The notes beneath the pieces were generated by a model. The model was not told the origin of the DNA, searched no databases, and saw nothing but the letters and a program-made list of their open reading frames with translations. A DNA stretch of 64,000 nt from a virus. Position 1 is the stretch's first letter; every line of letters begins with the position of its first letter. Of the stretch, positions 29,464 through 40,137 are shown piece by piece. The DNA is taken from positions 23,382 to 87,381 of IMG/VR virus record IMGVR_UViG_3300013136_000003; one strand, 5' to 3'. Made by a program: the position numbers and the translations under genes.

Positions 29464-30012
29464 ATGAAAAAAGCAATCCTAGCAGCGGTTTTTACTATAC
29501 TATCGATTGCCGCTATTTCCCAAACCATCGAGCAAGCCTTCGTAGACAAGCTCAACGAAGTAAGAAAGGAAAAGAACCTTCCTGCTTTCGTAAGAGCAAG
29601 TGAGTTTGATTCAGCAGCCAAAGTTCAATCAACGTGGATGGTCAAGACCGTAACATTAAGTCACCAGCAAACCGTTCAGGTTCCAGGAATGAAATTGTTA
29701 GCTTACCCATGGGACCGTGGTCGTGAGTACGGAGTGGATGTTCTTTCAGAAAATTTGATACTGGCCGTGCAGTACAAAAACAACGGAATGACCGATTCTC
29801 TGTCTGTTGGAAATTCGATATTCCAAGTGTGGCACGATTCGAAGAACCACTTACAGAACATGATGGTCAATTACGGATCCGCTGTCGTTCCGACGATAGG
29901 CATAGCCATCACGGAATTTCCGGAGAGTAACAGTTGTTCAGTGGTTGCCGTGTTCGGAGTTAGACCTTTCCCGTCTGAGCTAGCAAGTTCGGAACATTCT
30001 CCGAACAAATAG
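29464..30012 (+). CDS. Secreted CAP/SCP-domain protein
   Basis: Signal peptide MKKAIL...; LNEVRKEKNLP, AAK..S.WM, LSH, SEN, W..S..H..NM. Confidence 0.8.
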   Translation: MKKAILAAVFTILSIAAISQTIEQAFVDKLNEVRKEKNLPAFVRASEFDSAAKVQSTWMVKTVTLSHQQTVQVPGMKLLAYPWDRGREYGVDVLSENLILAVQYKNNGMTDSLSVGNSIFQVWHDSKNHLQNMMVNYGSAVVPTIGIAITEFPESNSCSVVAVFGVRPFPSELASSEHSPNK

Positions 30013-31033
30013 TTGATATTGAAAATCTTGTAGCTTCCAGAGGTGAAAACACTCTGATCTTAAAGGAATCGTTTTCCCAACCTTTCGTAACAGTAACCGC
30101 GTAAACTCCCTCTTCTGCTCTCTGGTATTGACCTTTGACCACGTTCCAAGTGCCGTCCTGGTTTATTGCATTGGGCTGCAACTCTCTAACTGTCTTAGTG
30201 CTACCAAGCGCTCTTAACTCTGCGTTTATTTTTTCTTCAAGGTCAGGAATGGCTGATAACTTAGAGGCTAAAGTTGCAGATCCTTGAAAAGCACTCAAAA
30301 ATTCAGTGTCCTTATACTTCACGTAAAACATATCAGGTATGTGAAGAGAATTAAAGGATAGCGTTATCGTGTTTCCTGCGGCTATCGTGAGTACCAAGTC
30401 AGCTGAGTAACCGGCGTAATTGTTTTCGGCTGTCCCCATCTTGCCGTTAAAAAGACGATCTCTTAAACCGCAAGGAACTTTGATAGCTTCAGGAATTGGA
30501 GTTCCTGTCTGGACTAACTTCATCGATACGTACTGCCATTGCTTTCTTTCTTCTGGTGTATTTCCTGCACCCTGGTTAGGTTTTAGAACCTTTCTAAATT
30601 CTACTTTAGTCAACAGTCCCTGAGGAGTAGTCTTTAGAGATTCAGATAAGATGTTAGTTATCAACTGTTCCATGGTAGTTAACCTAGCTTCGCACAGCAG
30701 AGCGTTTCCGCTCGGATCGTTCTGTCCATTCCCTGTGTAACCCTCACTTTGCAACTTTTGAACGAGCTGAGGAGTCAACCGTAAAGTTGAGGTGGACGCG
30801 GTGAGTTCGATGATTGTCTTGCCGTTCATGTACTTTGGAATGAGAAGTTCAGCAAAAACAGGTTTAAGATCGGTTTTCAAAATTTCTACCTGGTTAGGTG
30901 GGATTTCGGACGCCAGGTACCTACCACTTTCGAAGTTAAAGGCAAACTTTACTTCCTGGTTTAAGCCCACCTGAAAGGCCTCAGTCACCTCAGAGAACAA
31001 TGATTCGAACAGCTGTATGTACTTGGTTTTCAT
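29960..31033 (-). CDS. Tagged virion-type protein
   Basis: MKTKYIQLFESL; minus-strand GATAAATAA upstream. Confidence 0.65.
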   Translation of the reverse strand: MKTKYIQLFESLFSEVTEAFQVGLNQEVKFAFNFESGRYLASEIPPNQVEILKTDLKPVFAELLIPKYMNGKTIIELTASTSTLRLTPQLVQKLQSEGYTGNGQNDPSGNALLCEARLTTMEQLITNILSESLKTTPQGLLTKVEFRKVLKPNQGAGNTPEERKQWQYVSMKLVQTGTPIPEAIKVPCGLRDRLFNGKMGTAENNYAGYSADLVLTIAAGNTITLSFNSLHIPDMFYVKYKDTEFLSAFQGSATLASKLSAIPDLEEKINAELRALGSTKTVRELQPNAINQDGTWNVVKGQYQRAEEGVYAVTVTKGWENDSFKIRVFSPLEATRFSISTICSENVPNLLAQTGKV

Positions 31034-31097
31034 GCTAGACAAAAATGGGGCGATTTTAGTTATTTATCTCCTCACGTATTCTAATTAGCTATCGATC

Positions 31098-31426
31098 CTA
31101 CAGGCGAAGAAGTATCTTCAACTGGCCGTCGTAGGTGTACTGCATGGTGATGGCCGATCCCGACAGAGTGTACGTGTTGGTTGAGCTGTCGCCCCAGTCG
31201 GTGTCGATTACCGCCCCCGAATTTCCAGCTATGGAGAACCCCTGAGGGTACGATGTCGGAAAGCTGTAGTTGTCTGACGGAGCATCGACGAAGAAGGCAA
31301 TGACCGGCCCTCCGCCCGGAGTCTCCGGTAACAGCAGGACCTGGTTGGCCGGGCTAGGGTCGACCGTGTCCAGTTCCACCGTGCTGTTGGTTTAGTAGCT
31401 CTAACTACGACTCTCGCGTGCGCCAT
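31098..31426 (-). pseudogene. Frameshifted/truncated fragment of a structural-type gene (PKD-like DWGD motif)
   Basis: MAHARVVVRATK joins ...TNSTVELDTV only if one A is added near 31391; IDTDWGDSSTNTY. Confidence 0.45.
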
Positions 31427-31570
31427 GTTCCGGTAAGTTAAGGTTCTTTCATTTATCTATTCGCAGCACCCGCTCGCGCCCAAGTGTGGGGTAACTCGGC
31501 GGGTGCACAGCACTGCAAACCCAAAACCGGGGCTCGGTAAGGCAGTAAAAGACCCAAAATTCAGAACTAT

Positions 31571-31969
31571 ATGCCGAACCGCAAGGAAAAGTTAAAAGAG
31601 CTCGAAAAGTTCGCCGAAGCTCTGGCCAAGGACGTGATCTCCAAGGACCTTGACAAGCTCAAGAGCGACATCATACTGGTCCTGTACCTGTCGGTAGCGG
31701 GCATGTCACCGAGCAAAGTGCCGATCCTAGCGAGGTCAGCGGCAGAGGGCCTTCACCAAGCCGTCCCGGACGCCAGGCTGGTCGTCATACCGACGAGCAA
31801 CCAGGATACCCGGCTTGAGTGCATCAACCCCCGCTTAGCCGAGCCTGAAGAGAGAGCAAAACTCCTCGAAACCATGGAAAAAGTGGACCGAGACTTCCAG
31901 GAGTTCCTAAAAGCGGTAAGTTTGCCAAAAGAAGAAAAAAGTGAAACACACCAAGAGAACCGTGCTTAG
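31571..31969 (+). CDS. Hypothetical protein
   Basis: ORF after AAAC-N17-GTAAAAG. Confidence 0.7.
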   Translation: MPNRKEKLKELEKFAEALAKDVISKDLDKLKSDIILVLYLSVAGMSPSKVPILARSAAEGLHQAVPDARLVVIPTSNQDTRLECINPRLAEPEERAKLLETMEKVDRDFQEFLKAVSLPKEEKSETHQENRA

Positions 31970-32267
31970 GGTCCTTTACTGGGTTCAAGTGCTCCTTTTC
32001 GTACCAGCTCAAATTGCTCTGGTAATCCACTTAATCTGGATCCCGTACTGGCTCCTGACTGGGCGCAACGTCTTCAGCGATTACACCAACTGGCAGCCCC
32101 TATCGTTTTACGGGTTCTTACCGAGCAACAAGGAGCTTGACATGGTCGGAAAGAGCAAGCACACCAGAGACAGGAAAGGTCACCGCACGAACACGTGCTT
32201 CGGAACAGGATACGACAGCGCTTTCGGGTTCGGCGACAGGAGCCTGTGGGACCGGCTCGACGATTAA
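31941..32267 (+). CDS. Hypothetical membrane protein
   Basis: Hydrophobic N-terminal segment. Confidence 0.5.
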   Translation: MKHTKRTVLRVLYWVQVLLFVPAQIALVIHLIWIPYWLLTGRNVFSDYTNWQPLSFYGFLPSNKELDMVGKSKHTRDRKGHRTNTCFGTGYDSAFGFGDRSLWDRLDD

Positions 32268-32479
32268 AGGAATAAATAGGGTAAACAAGCCCAACCAAAT
32301 TAAAAAACAGAGATACTTTCTTCAGCAACCTTTGCCGGATAAATGCCAGGCGGTTCATAAGCGCTTTAGTAGTGCTAGCGATAGCAGCTTACTTGCTGAG
32401 AGCTGGACTGAACCCGCTGGAAGTCTTCGTAGCTGAGTTCGTCCCAGCTTTCCTAGTCTTCCTTGACTGGTACCTAACC

Positions 32480-32950
32480 GATTGCAAAAAAAAGCGATAG
32501 AAACAGACCCCCAGCCCGGGGAGAATTTCCAACCCAGAGAAACGATACATTCAGAAACGCGAAAACCCAGACCGGCCCCCAATAGGGGCCGGCTTTGCTT
32601 TAACCGAGAAAAAAGGTACCGGGAGCTCTCCTGGACCTGGGGAACTCAGGAAACCGAAAAAGCTCGGGGATCGGACCCCAGGACTTGGGGATTTGGGAAA
32701 AAAACAAAAGTGCACTTGCCGAGCTCCCGGTACATCTTTTTACCAGTGCATATAAGGCCCCCAGGCACCTCCCGGAGTGACCCTGGCGCACCTCCTGGAG
32801 TAGCCTGGGGTGACCTCCAGGAGTCACCTGGCAGGCCTTCTTGGAGCAGCCCTGGCCGGTGCCAGGCCAACCTCCCGGAGTAGACACCCGCCTGGCGGGC
32901 TTGGCCGCCTAGGTACCGTCGGCTACCAGGCCGGCGTACGGGTCCAGGCT
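32480..32950. other. GC-rich non-coding segment dense in CCWGG, at left edge of early block
   Basis: Repeated CCTGG/CCAGG, several imperfect inverted repeats, no credible ORF. Confidence 0.55.
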
Positions 32951-33072
32951 CTTGGCAGGCTTGAGGATTCCGAGCTTGCGCATGGCGCGGTACTTGAGGG
33001 TTAGGAGCTTGAGCTTCATGGCTTCTGCAATTTGGTTAAGTAAATATAAGACCTTTTCGCGAAAGGAAAAAA

Positions 33073-33393
33073 TCAGGCCTGACCTTTCTTGACCTCGTTC
33101 ATCACGCACTCGATCATGCGGTTGATGTACTCCTCGTACTTCGGCTCCGGCTTCGGCATCCCGCCCAGCATGTACATGTTCTCGAGCGCGGCTCTCAGCT
33201 GGTTCCTGATACTCGACTCGTTCTTCAGCGGCTGGCCGGTCAGCTCAGCGTAAGCGCTGTTGAACTCGTCAAGCGTCAGTTCCCGTTGGTTAGCGTAATT
33301 GACCTCGTGAAAGGTCACAATCGCTCCGCGTACCTGAAGAACCTTGACCTGAACGGCCGGGTTCGAGTTCTTGGTGTAAGTCTTTCCTACCAT
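33073..33393 (-). CDS. Early hypothetical protein
   Basis: Preceded by minus-strand early promoter motif (~33411-33446). Confidence 0.7.
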   Translation of the reverse strand: MVGKTYTKNSNPAVQVKVLQVRGAIVTFHEVNYANQRELTLDEFNSAYAELTGQPLKNESSIRNQLRAALENMYMLGGMPKPEPKYEEYINRMIECVMNEVKKGQA

Positions 33394-33445
33394 AAGTTAG
33401 TTAGTTTGTAAGGTAAAAGTAACCAAAGAAACTGACAGGAAAAAA

Positions 33446-33830
33446 TCAGTCGTTGGAACCTTCCCACCTCACGTGGCCGTTGCCGACCACTTCCAAGCGG
33501 ACGGCGTACTCTATGTCGTTGTAACCGCAGGTCACGGTGTTGCCCCGCACGTCGAATACTTCCATGGGTACCGAGTGCTGAAGGTCGCGAGCGTAAACGT
33601 CTATGAACTGACCGACTCGCGGAGCTTTAGCTCTCAGCTTTGGGCTGGTGGCCGTGACGACAGGGTCGCGGGGCAAGCTCCTCAGCTCCGACTCTTCCGC
33701 GTTGATGGCTGCTTCTATGTCAGCCACGATGCTGTCCAAGTTGGCGATGTCGAATTCCTGGTGCTGGATCCCCTCGCAACGGTCAAGGATCGCGTCCTTG
33801 ATCCTCTGCTTGGTCTTTTCTGAAAAGTTC
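33446..33830 (-). CDS. Early hypothetical protein (start uncertain)
   Basis: Open frame downstream of minus-strand early promoter (~33851-33883); no ATG at the expected position. Confidence 0.5.
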
Positions 33831-34184
33831 AAGTTGTTCGATTTGATAAGGTAAAAGTAACCAATCCAGCTGAAAGGAAAAAACTCCGCGCGCAGCCGCT
33901 TCAACGTGACGCCCGCGCCGCCTGCCTTAAGCTAAAGCTTAAGGGCAGGCCAAGGTTACTGAAGTAGAACCTTTGGTTGGCGCCCTACCGGCCGCCAACT
34001 GATGAGTAGCCGGTTGGACGGACTGGTTGGACAGGTTGGACTGGCCGTTCGGTACTCGTGCGAGAGAAGGGTAGTAGTAACGTTGTTGTAGCAATTGAAA
34101 ACTTGTTGCCCTCATTCGGTAATAAATAACAGAGACCGACAACTCCGCCATAGAGCGGCCTAACTAATTGAAACCTAACTACCT

Positions 34185-34490
34185 ATGAGAGAACCAGTCG
34201 ATAGCATGAAGGAACGAGTACTGGCGGTCCTATCCAAAGCTGGACGCAACAAGCGCCAGATCAACAGGACGTTGGACAAGCTGGAAAGAGAGATAAGACA
34301 GCAGACAGGAGAGAAGGACAAGGAATGGACGGAGGAATACTACCTTTACCTTTTAGAAACGTACGCGCGGGCGATAGAGGCTGCAATACCGATCGCCGTG
34401 AAGCGTGAGGAGTACGAGTGGGCTGAGATACTGACCGAGCGCAAAGCCAACGTTGAGTCCACGATCGATCTCATGTCCGTGGAAAAGTAA
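34185..34490 (+). CDS. Hypothetical protein with UVR-like C-terminal motif
   Basis: AVKREEYEWAEIL. Confidence 0.6.
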   Translation: MREPVDSMKERVLAVLSKAGRNKRQINRTLDKLEREIRQQTGEKDKEWTEEYYLYLLETYARAIEAAIPIAVKREEYEWAEILTERKANVESTIDLMSVEK

Positions 34491-34544
34491 GCAGAATTTT
34501 TTCCTTTCGCGGATTCGTGGTACTTTAGCTTAAAATCAAACGAC

Positions 34545-34748
34545 ATGCTGAACTTATTAATCACAATCGCGATCATTGCCCTCGGGCTCAACATGCTGAG
34601 GTTCCTCTTCGGAGCCGGTTACATAATCGTCAAGGGTGAAGCCAACGGAAAGAAGGTTGGACGCTGGTTCCAGCTATTAAACCTCCTCGAAGCTACAGCT
34701 ATCGTAGCTGCGTACGTGATCCTAATCGTAACCTACTATTCCAAGTAA
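34545..34748 (+). CDS. Early two-TM membrane protein
   Basis: Follows early promoter; two hydrophobic helices. Confidence 0.7.
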   Translation: MLNLLITIAIIALGLNMLRFLFGAGYIIVKGEANGKKVGRWFQLLNLLEATAIVAAYVILIVTYYSK

Positions 34749-35063
34749 CGTGAGAAAGAAGAAACTGTACGCAGTCCTTTCCTTCGCAAGGATAGGCTGC
34801 TTTCGTGGGTTCGCGAGTGGGTTCACGAAAACTCAGGCCGGAAGGATCGCTTTCGACGAAAGTTTCAACGGCCACAGACTCGTGCTCGTGATACCGGACG
34901 AGGACATGCGAAAAGTACCGAGCAAGATGATCGAATCAAGTTACTGGCAGCTGTCCACCGACACGACCGACCTGCAGCAGGTTATAGACGGGTTGAACCA
35001 GTTTTAACCGTTTTTTCCTGTCAGAAATTCTGGTTACTTTAGCTTAAACATAAAAACAACAAC

Positions 35064-35297
35064 ATGAAAAAGATTCTCTTTGCAATCCTTGCCCTTGCTC
35101 TGGTCGCTACCGTAGCGACGAGCTGCTGCCCGAATTCCTGCGAAGCCAACACGGTTCCTGAGCCAGGACCCGCGCCGACCACGATGTACCTCGTCGCTGA
35201 GGGTCCGGACTTTAAGGTCTATTTCTCGCAAGTAAGCGGCCGTAATGTTTACGTGATTACTCGGACCGGCGGAGGAGTCGGTATCTCAGCGAACTAA
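35064..35297 (+). CDS. Early lipoprotein
   Basis: MKKILFAILALALVATVATSC lipobox; follows early promoter. Confidence 0.75.
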   Translation: MKKILFAILALALVATVATSCCPNSCEANTVPEPGPAPTTMYLVAEGPDFKVYFSQVSGRNVYVITRTGGGVGISAN

Positions 35298-36047
35298 CAT
35301 GAGAGCGAAAAGAAACAAGCGCTACTGCAAGAAAAGGCCGGCCGTCTCGTCCAAGCTGGCCAAAGTACCGGCCGGCCTGGACTGGGGCGTGCAGGACAGG
35401 AACGTCAGTACTCTTCGCAACTTGGAAAAATCCATAGCGAGTGAGGCCGAATTCAAGCAAACTGAAGTATAATACCGACCTAACACATTCGAACCATGAA
35501 ATACCCAGCCAGACTCCTTTACTTCTTCGGCTTGTTAGTCTCGACTTACGTCGTTCTTCCGGCCGTTTTCTTCGTCTTCCAGTTGATTTACCTTATGTGG
35601 AACCTGCATTGGATCCCCAAGGGCAAGATGAAGTGCGTGACGAAGGGCTGGCAAGAGGTTCAGATCGGCGGCTTGCCCGGCTTTCCGGACAAGGTCTACG
35701 CCAACCCGTACCATTACCTAATCAGAAAAGAAAAAGTAAATGAAGAGTAAAGTGCTAGCGGCTCTAGCCGCGTTCATCATCGTGATCCTAGTTGGGCTCG
35801 TGATAGGTCGGTTAATAATCCAATCGGACCTGAAGGAAGCTTCCGACCAGATGCTCGGAAAGACCGTCGTTCTTGACGGTCAGTGCTACACGATTACTGA
35901 CCATTCGCGCGATTCGAAAACTTGGACCCTGTCGAACGGGGCGACCATCAGCTGGGAACTGCTCAAGAACTTGAAAAGGTACGATGCGTGCTCTGAAGAA
36001 AACTCGAAAAAGTAAAACTTATTACTGACCGATTGTAAGATAGAACC

Positions 36048-36266
36048 ATGGAAGAAAAAACTAAAAACTTAAGGCGCAACGATCCGGAATACATCGAGAT
36101 CAAGGCACACAAGCTGAGCTACAACGACGGTATTCGTCGGTTATTTCTCAACCTGCCGAACTGAAAACAGCTCTCGCGAGCTACCGGAATTCTGAACGTG
36201 CCGACCGACCTGGACGACAGGCTCAGGGTTCAAGCCGACCTGAAGAGAAAATACGGCAAGAAGTAA
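36048..36266 (+). pseudogene. 72-codon ORF interrupted by in-frame TGA (36162-36164)
   Basis: ...FLNLPN*KQLSRATG...; preceded by AAAC-N16-GTAAGAT. Confidence 0.55.
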
Positions 36267-36285
36267 TTAAAACCAATACTGACAA

Positions 36286-36543
36286 ATGAAGAAACTGCAG
36301 ACTGCAACGGTCCTGCCGCAAGCGCCGGCACCCGTGAACGAACGGCCGGAAGGCATGAGCTTTGAGGACTACAAGAAGCTGAGGAAAGAGACCAACAAAA
36401 CCATACGGGACAGAGTGAAGAAGGGGTTCCTTGTGTTCCTCTCGAATGAGATCCTGCTTGACGACATGAAGAGACCGACCGGCATGAAGTACCGCCACGG
36501 AAAGACCTTCGTCGGTAATACCAAGTTCCTGCAACTGGTTTAA
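36286..36543 (+). CDS. Basic hypothetical protein
   Basis: RPEGMSFEDYKKLRK; clean ORF. Confidence 0.7.
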   Translation: MKKLQTATVLPQAPAPVNERPEGMSFEDYKKLRKETNKTIRDRVKKGFLVFLSNEILLDDMKRPTGMKYRHGKTFVGNTKFLQLV

Positions 36544-36862
36544 ACCCCATTTTTTCCTTTCGCGAATTTGTGGTACATTAGCTTTAACAAATTCAGTTAA
36601 CCAACTCAGCACGACCATGAAAAGAATCTAAAGAAATTCAAGAAGCGAAAACCAACCGTAAAGTCCTATAGAGGGGCCGAGACCGGAGACCGCGGTAAGT
36701 CTGTCGGCTGACTCTCGGATCGCGAGGCGGCAATGGTTGCTAGCTGGGCATTCCGGCCCAACGGAAAGCTGGTAAAAAAGCCGGGTCCAAAAGGTCCGGC
36801 TTTTTCGTTTTCAAAACTTTTCGAGAACCTGTCGTAGAATATACAAAACAACAAAACTTCAA

Positions 36863-37129
36863 ATGGAAAAACCGTTGCTAGATCCAAAGACCGTGGCTAA
36901 GAACCAGGTCAAGATCGCTTTACTGTCGGTATTCGGCGGAATCCTAATCTCCTTTCTGCTCGCGTTTCCTATCAAGTGGCTTTGGAACTGGCTGGTTCCT
37001 GGCCTGTTTGCCGGCCCAGAAATATCTGCTATCCAGGCATGGGGATTGACCTTCCTGACTCGCATGATAATACCGACCAACGTGACGTTGACGGAACCAA
37101 AGAAGGACGATAAAAATAATCCAAGGTAA
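36863..37129 (+). CDS. Membrane protein
   Basis: WLWNWLVPGLF...I...QAWGL is a common phage membrane motif. Confidence 0.7.
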   Translation: MEKPLLDPKTVAKNQVKIALLSVFGGILISFLLAFPIKWLWNWLVPGLFAGPEISAIQAWGLTFLTRMIIPTNVTLTEPKKDDKNNPR

Positions 37130-37432
37130 ATGCCAACGTACGACAACCAACCAGCAGCAAGCACCCAAACTTTTTTGAGTTCGATAGAATCTCGAATCAG
37201 AGAAGCTAGCATTCACATGCAGGAAAATAACGCTGACCTTTGCAACAAGATCAACGAGATCTTCGGAGCCGAGCCGGCCAACAAGCTGAGCGAAACCGAA
37301 AAAGCTCCGCAGCCGAACTGTGCAGCTGACGCGATAAACGCGAGAATGACCGAACTGTTCGACCAGATCGACAGAGTTAGGTACGAAATCAACAGACTTT
37401 CACGAGTATAAACCATTCAATATCAATCAAGT

Positions 37433-37669
37433 ATGAGCACAGACAACCAAGCAAAAGTCGGTATGAAGTACCGCAAGCTGAACGTTGCCGCTAAACGGGC
37501 GGTAATCAAATCGAGACAGAGACGCTACGATCGCGCGAAGATCGCCAGCGCTCTGGGTTACAATGAAGTCTACGTCGGTAACGTGATCAACGGCCACTAC
37601 CCGAACGAGAGGATCGTCAACTACGCGTACAACATGGTCCGCAGCAGGAAGAAGAACTCTGACCGTTAA
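37433..37669 (+). CDS. Small basic HTH-like DNA-binding protein
   Basis: AKIASALGYNEVYVGNVING; very basic. Confidence 0.6.
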   Translation: MSTDNQAKVGMKYRKLNVAAKRAVIKSRQRRYDRAKIASALGYNEVYVGNVINGHYPNERIVNYAYNMVRSRKKNSDR

Positions 37670-39255
37670 TTCGGAATACTGATCGCTCGAAAGAGCGGTC
37701 TTTTAAGGCCGGCACCTTTGCCTGCCAGTGACAGGGGCCAACCGCTTGGGCCCCTTGCCTCGTTTAATTGGTAAGATAGTACCGAAGAAATAGATAACTA
37801 TGTACTCAATTGCCGTATACCATAATGGGCGCGAGGTCGTCTACCAGGAACTAGAGAACGCTGACTCTCACAACGACGTGAAGTACGTTCTTAGCAACCT
37901 GCTAGAAATTGATAAACCGGAAGACGGTTTCGAATACGCGGTATTCAGGGGCGGAAAGGAATACTGGAACCCTACCCAGGTACTGAAGGAGATGAAGGGG
38001 TTCAGCCCAACAAAATATCTCATGAATCCCTATGCCGAACAAAGGTGATAGACAGAGAATGACCACCTTAAAGTTCTTCAAGCGGCTGAAGAAATACTGC
38101 TTGCTCGAGGATTTTAGGAAGGGTAAAGGTAACTTCTTCGTTTTCAAATCGACCGGATCGCCGTGCAGCTGTGAAGCTTGCGCAGGAAAGAAGTACTCAA
38201 GAAAGATCAAGCACAAGGACCAAGAATTACCGATCAGCAACCAAGGTAAAATTCCAAAGAAATTTTTTCCTGACAAGAGATAGTGGTAAATTAGCTTCAA
38301 ATTCTAACGGTATGTCCGACTTAAAACAAGTCCTAATGAACCGGGACGGAATGTCCTCGGAAGAAGCTGATTCAGCCATCAGCGATATGCGGGAAAGAGT
38401 TCTCGAAGGAGAGGATCCCGAAGAGATACTGATGGACGATTACGGTCTCGAACCGGATTACGTGTTCGACATCATAACTTTCTGACCGTGGCTATAGGTT
38501 GGTCAGCTGTCAGAGACCGTCACGCGAGCGGTAACACGGAACTTGGTAAAGTCTGGCTGAGAACCGACCGAGCTGGTCTGGTTACCGGCGTTTACACGCT
38601 GTTCGGCCGGACGAGAAAGTACGTTCCAAAACCGGAAGAGAGCTGGACAGTAGAAGACGGTAAAGTCGTCGCTGAGCTAGCTCTTGAGGACGCGATAGCT
38701 TTTAGAGAAAGGTTTCCAAATTAAAAACAGACAACAATGGCACTAGCATTTTTCTTAACATTAGTCCTTGCCTTCGTGGCAGGGTGGGCAGTAGGCGCGA
38801 TCTTCGGATTCGGAGCAGGACCGGCATGGCGTCGGTACAAGAAGAGCATCATCGAGGAGTACGAGAACTCTAAAAATCAACAGCCCAAGTAATTCGATTT
38901 TTTCCTGTCGTCAGTTTTGGGTACTTTAGCTTTACATCAATGAAGCTACTCGTATGCAAACCACCCAGTCGACTGCCAACTGCGCTTACAGTTTACCTAA
39001 GCCCGATGCTTGGAAAAGGCGCGACAACTCGATCCTACTCGATGTAAACACCGGAAATTACAGGGTTCACAACCGAACTCGTGGAAGACTTCGTCTCTAC
39101 CTTGGATCTTTCCAAGATGGAGACTTTTTTATCACTGTGCCGACGATCAAGGCGGTCCCTTTTGAAACCGATCAGATGATTCGCGAGATAGTGAGAGAAG
39201 CAATTGTTGATCTTAACTACGTGAGAGTGGAACTAGCAAGAAGGAAATTAGCAAG

Positions 39256-40137
39256 ATGAAACAACTGAAGATCTCAAGGTTACTGACGGATTCTGAGAAG
39301 ACCGAAACTTTGAACCGTTACTTGAAGGACGTTAAGGAGCTTAGTTTCGCGCTGACCGCGGAAGAAGAAGCTAGCTTGGCGAGAAGGATAAGAGCAGGAG
39401 ACAGAACAGCTCTCAACGAGCTGGTCAACTCCAACCTCCGGTTCGTGATAAGCGTAGCAAACCAGTACAGCGCGTACGCTTCGCTTGAGGACTTGATAAA
39501 CGAGGGCAACCTCGGCCTGATCAAGGCTGCTGAAAGGTTTGACGAATCAAGAGGAGTGAAGTTCATATCCTACGCTGTCTGGTGGGTAAGGGACAGCATC
39601 GTTCGTTACGTGGCTCAAGTCCACCCGATCGTCAGAGTACCGTTCGTAAAGAGCAACGACTCTTTCAAGTACCGAACGGCTGAACGCTTGCTCGAGCAAG
39701 CTTTCGAAAGAAAACCGACCGTGTCAGAGATAGCAGAATCCCTGAGCTTGATCTCAGGAAAGAAGTACTCTGACTCGTACGTTGAAGTACTGGCGGAGAC
39801 GGCAAACCAGGCCAGAGTCTCGATAACCGACGCGTTCGACTTCGAGCTGGAGCTAGATACCGACGTCGAAGGAGCGGTCAGTATTCCAGAACCAGCGGAA
39901 GAGACCAGCCCGCAGGTTACCGTTCGTCGCGAGCTGCTCAACAGCTTGAAGAAGTTGGACGATCGTGAACGTTACATCGTGACAGAGTTCTTCGGCCTAG
40001 CTGGAGAAGCCAAGACCTTGGAACAGATAGGTCAGTACTTGGGAATATCAAGGGAACGAGTTCGCCAGCTGAGAAACGAGACTCTTCTCAAGCTGAGAGA
40101 GACGGTCAGCGAAGAGTTCAGGTTCTTTGAATCCTAA
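39256..40137 (+). CDS. Sigma-70 family factor (RpoD/SigA-like, regions 1.2-4)
   Basis: LNRYLKDV, NLRFVISVA..Y, DLINEGNLGLIKAAERFD..RG.KFISYAVWW.R, TLEQIG..LGISRERVRQ. Confidence 0.95.
   Translation: MKQLKISRLLTDSEKTETLNRYLKDVKELSFALTAEEEASLARRIRAGDRTALNELVNSNLRFVISVANQYSAYASLEDLINEGNLGLIKAAERFDESRGVKFISYAVWWVRDSIVRYVAQVHPIVRVPFVKSNDSFKYRTAERLLEQAFERKPTVSEIAESLSLISGKKYSDSYVEVLAETANQARVSITDAFDFELELDTDVEGAVSIPEPAEETSPQVTVRRELLNSLKKLDDRERYIVTEFFGLAGEAKTLEQIGQYLGISRERVRQLRNETLLKLRETVSEEFRFFES

Larger units (their letters stand above)
5548..36842. promoter_or_regulatory. Candidate middle promoter AAAC-N16/17-GTAnnAT
   Basis: Plus strand near 5548, 19005, 19948, 23519, 31524, 34099, 36015, 36814; minus strand near 19819. 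Confidence 0.6.

Noticed and set aside
32482-33004. ORFs called across the GC-rich island
   Set aside because: Atypical starts, Pro/Gly/Arg-rich low-quality translations on both strands; likely non-coding
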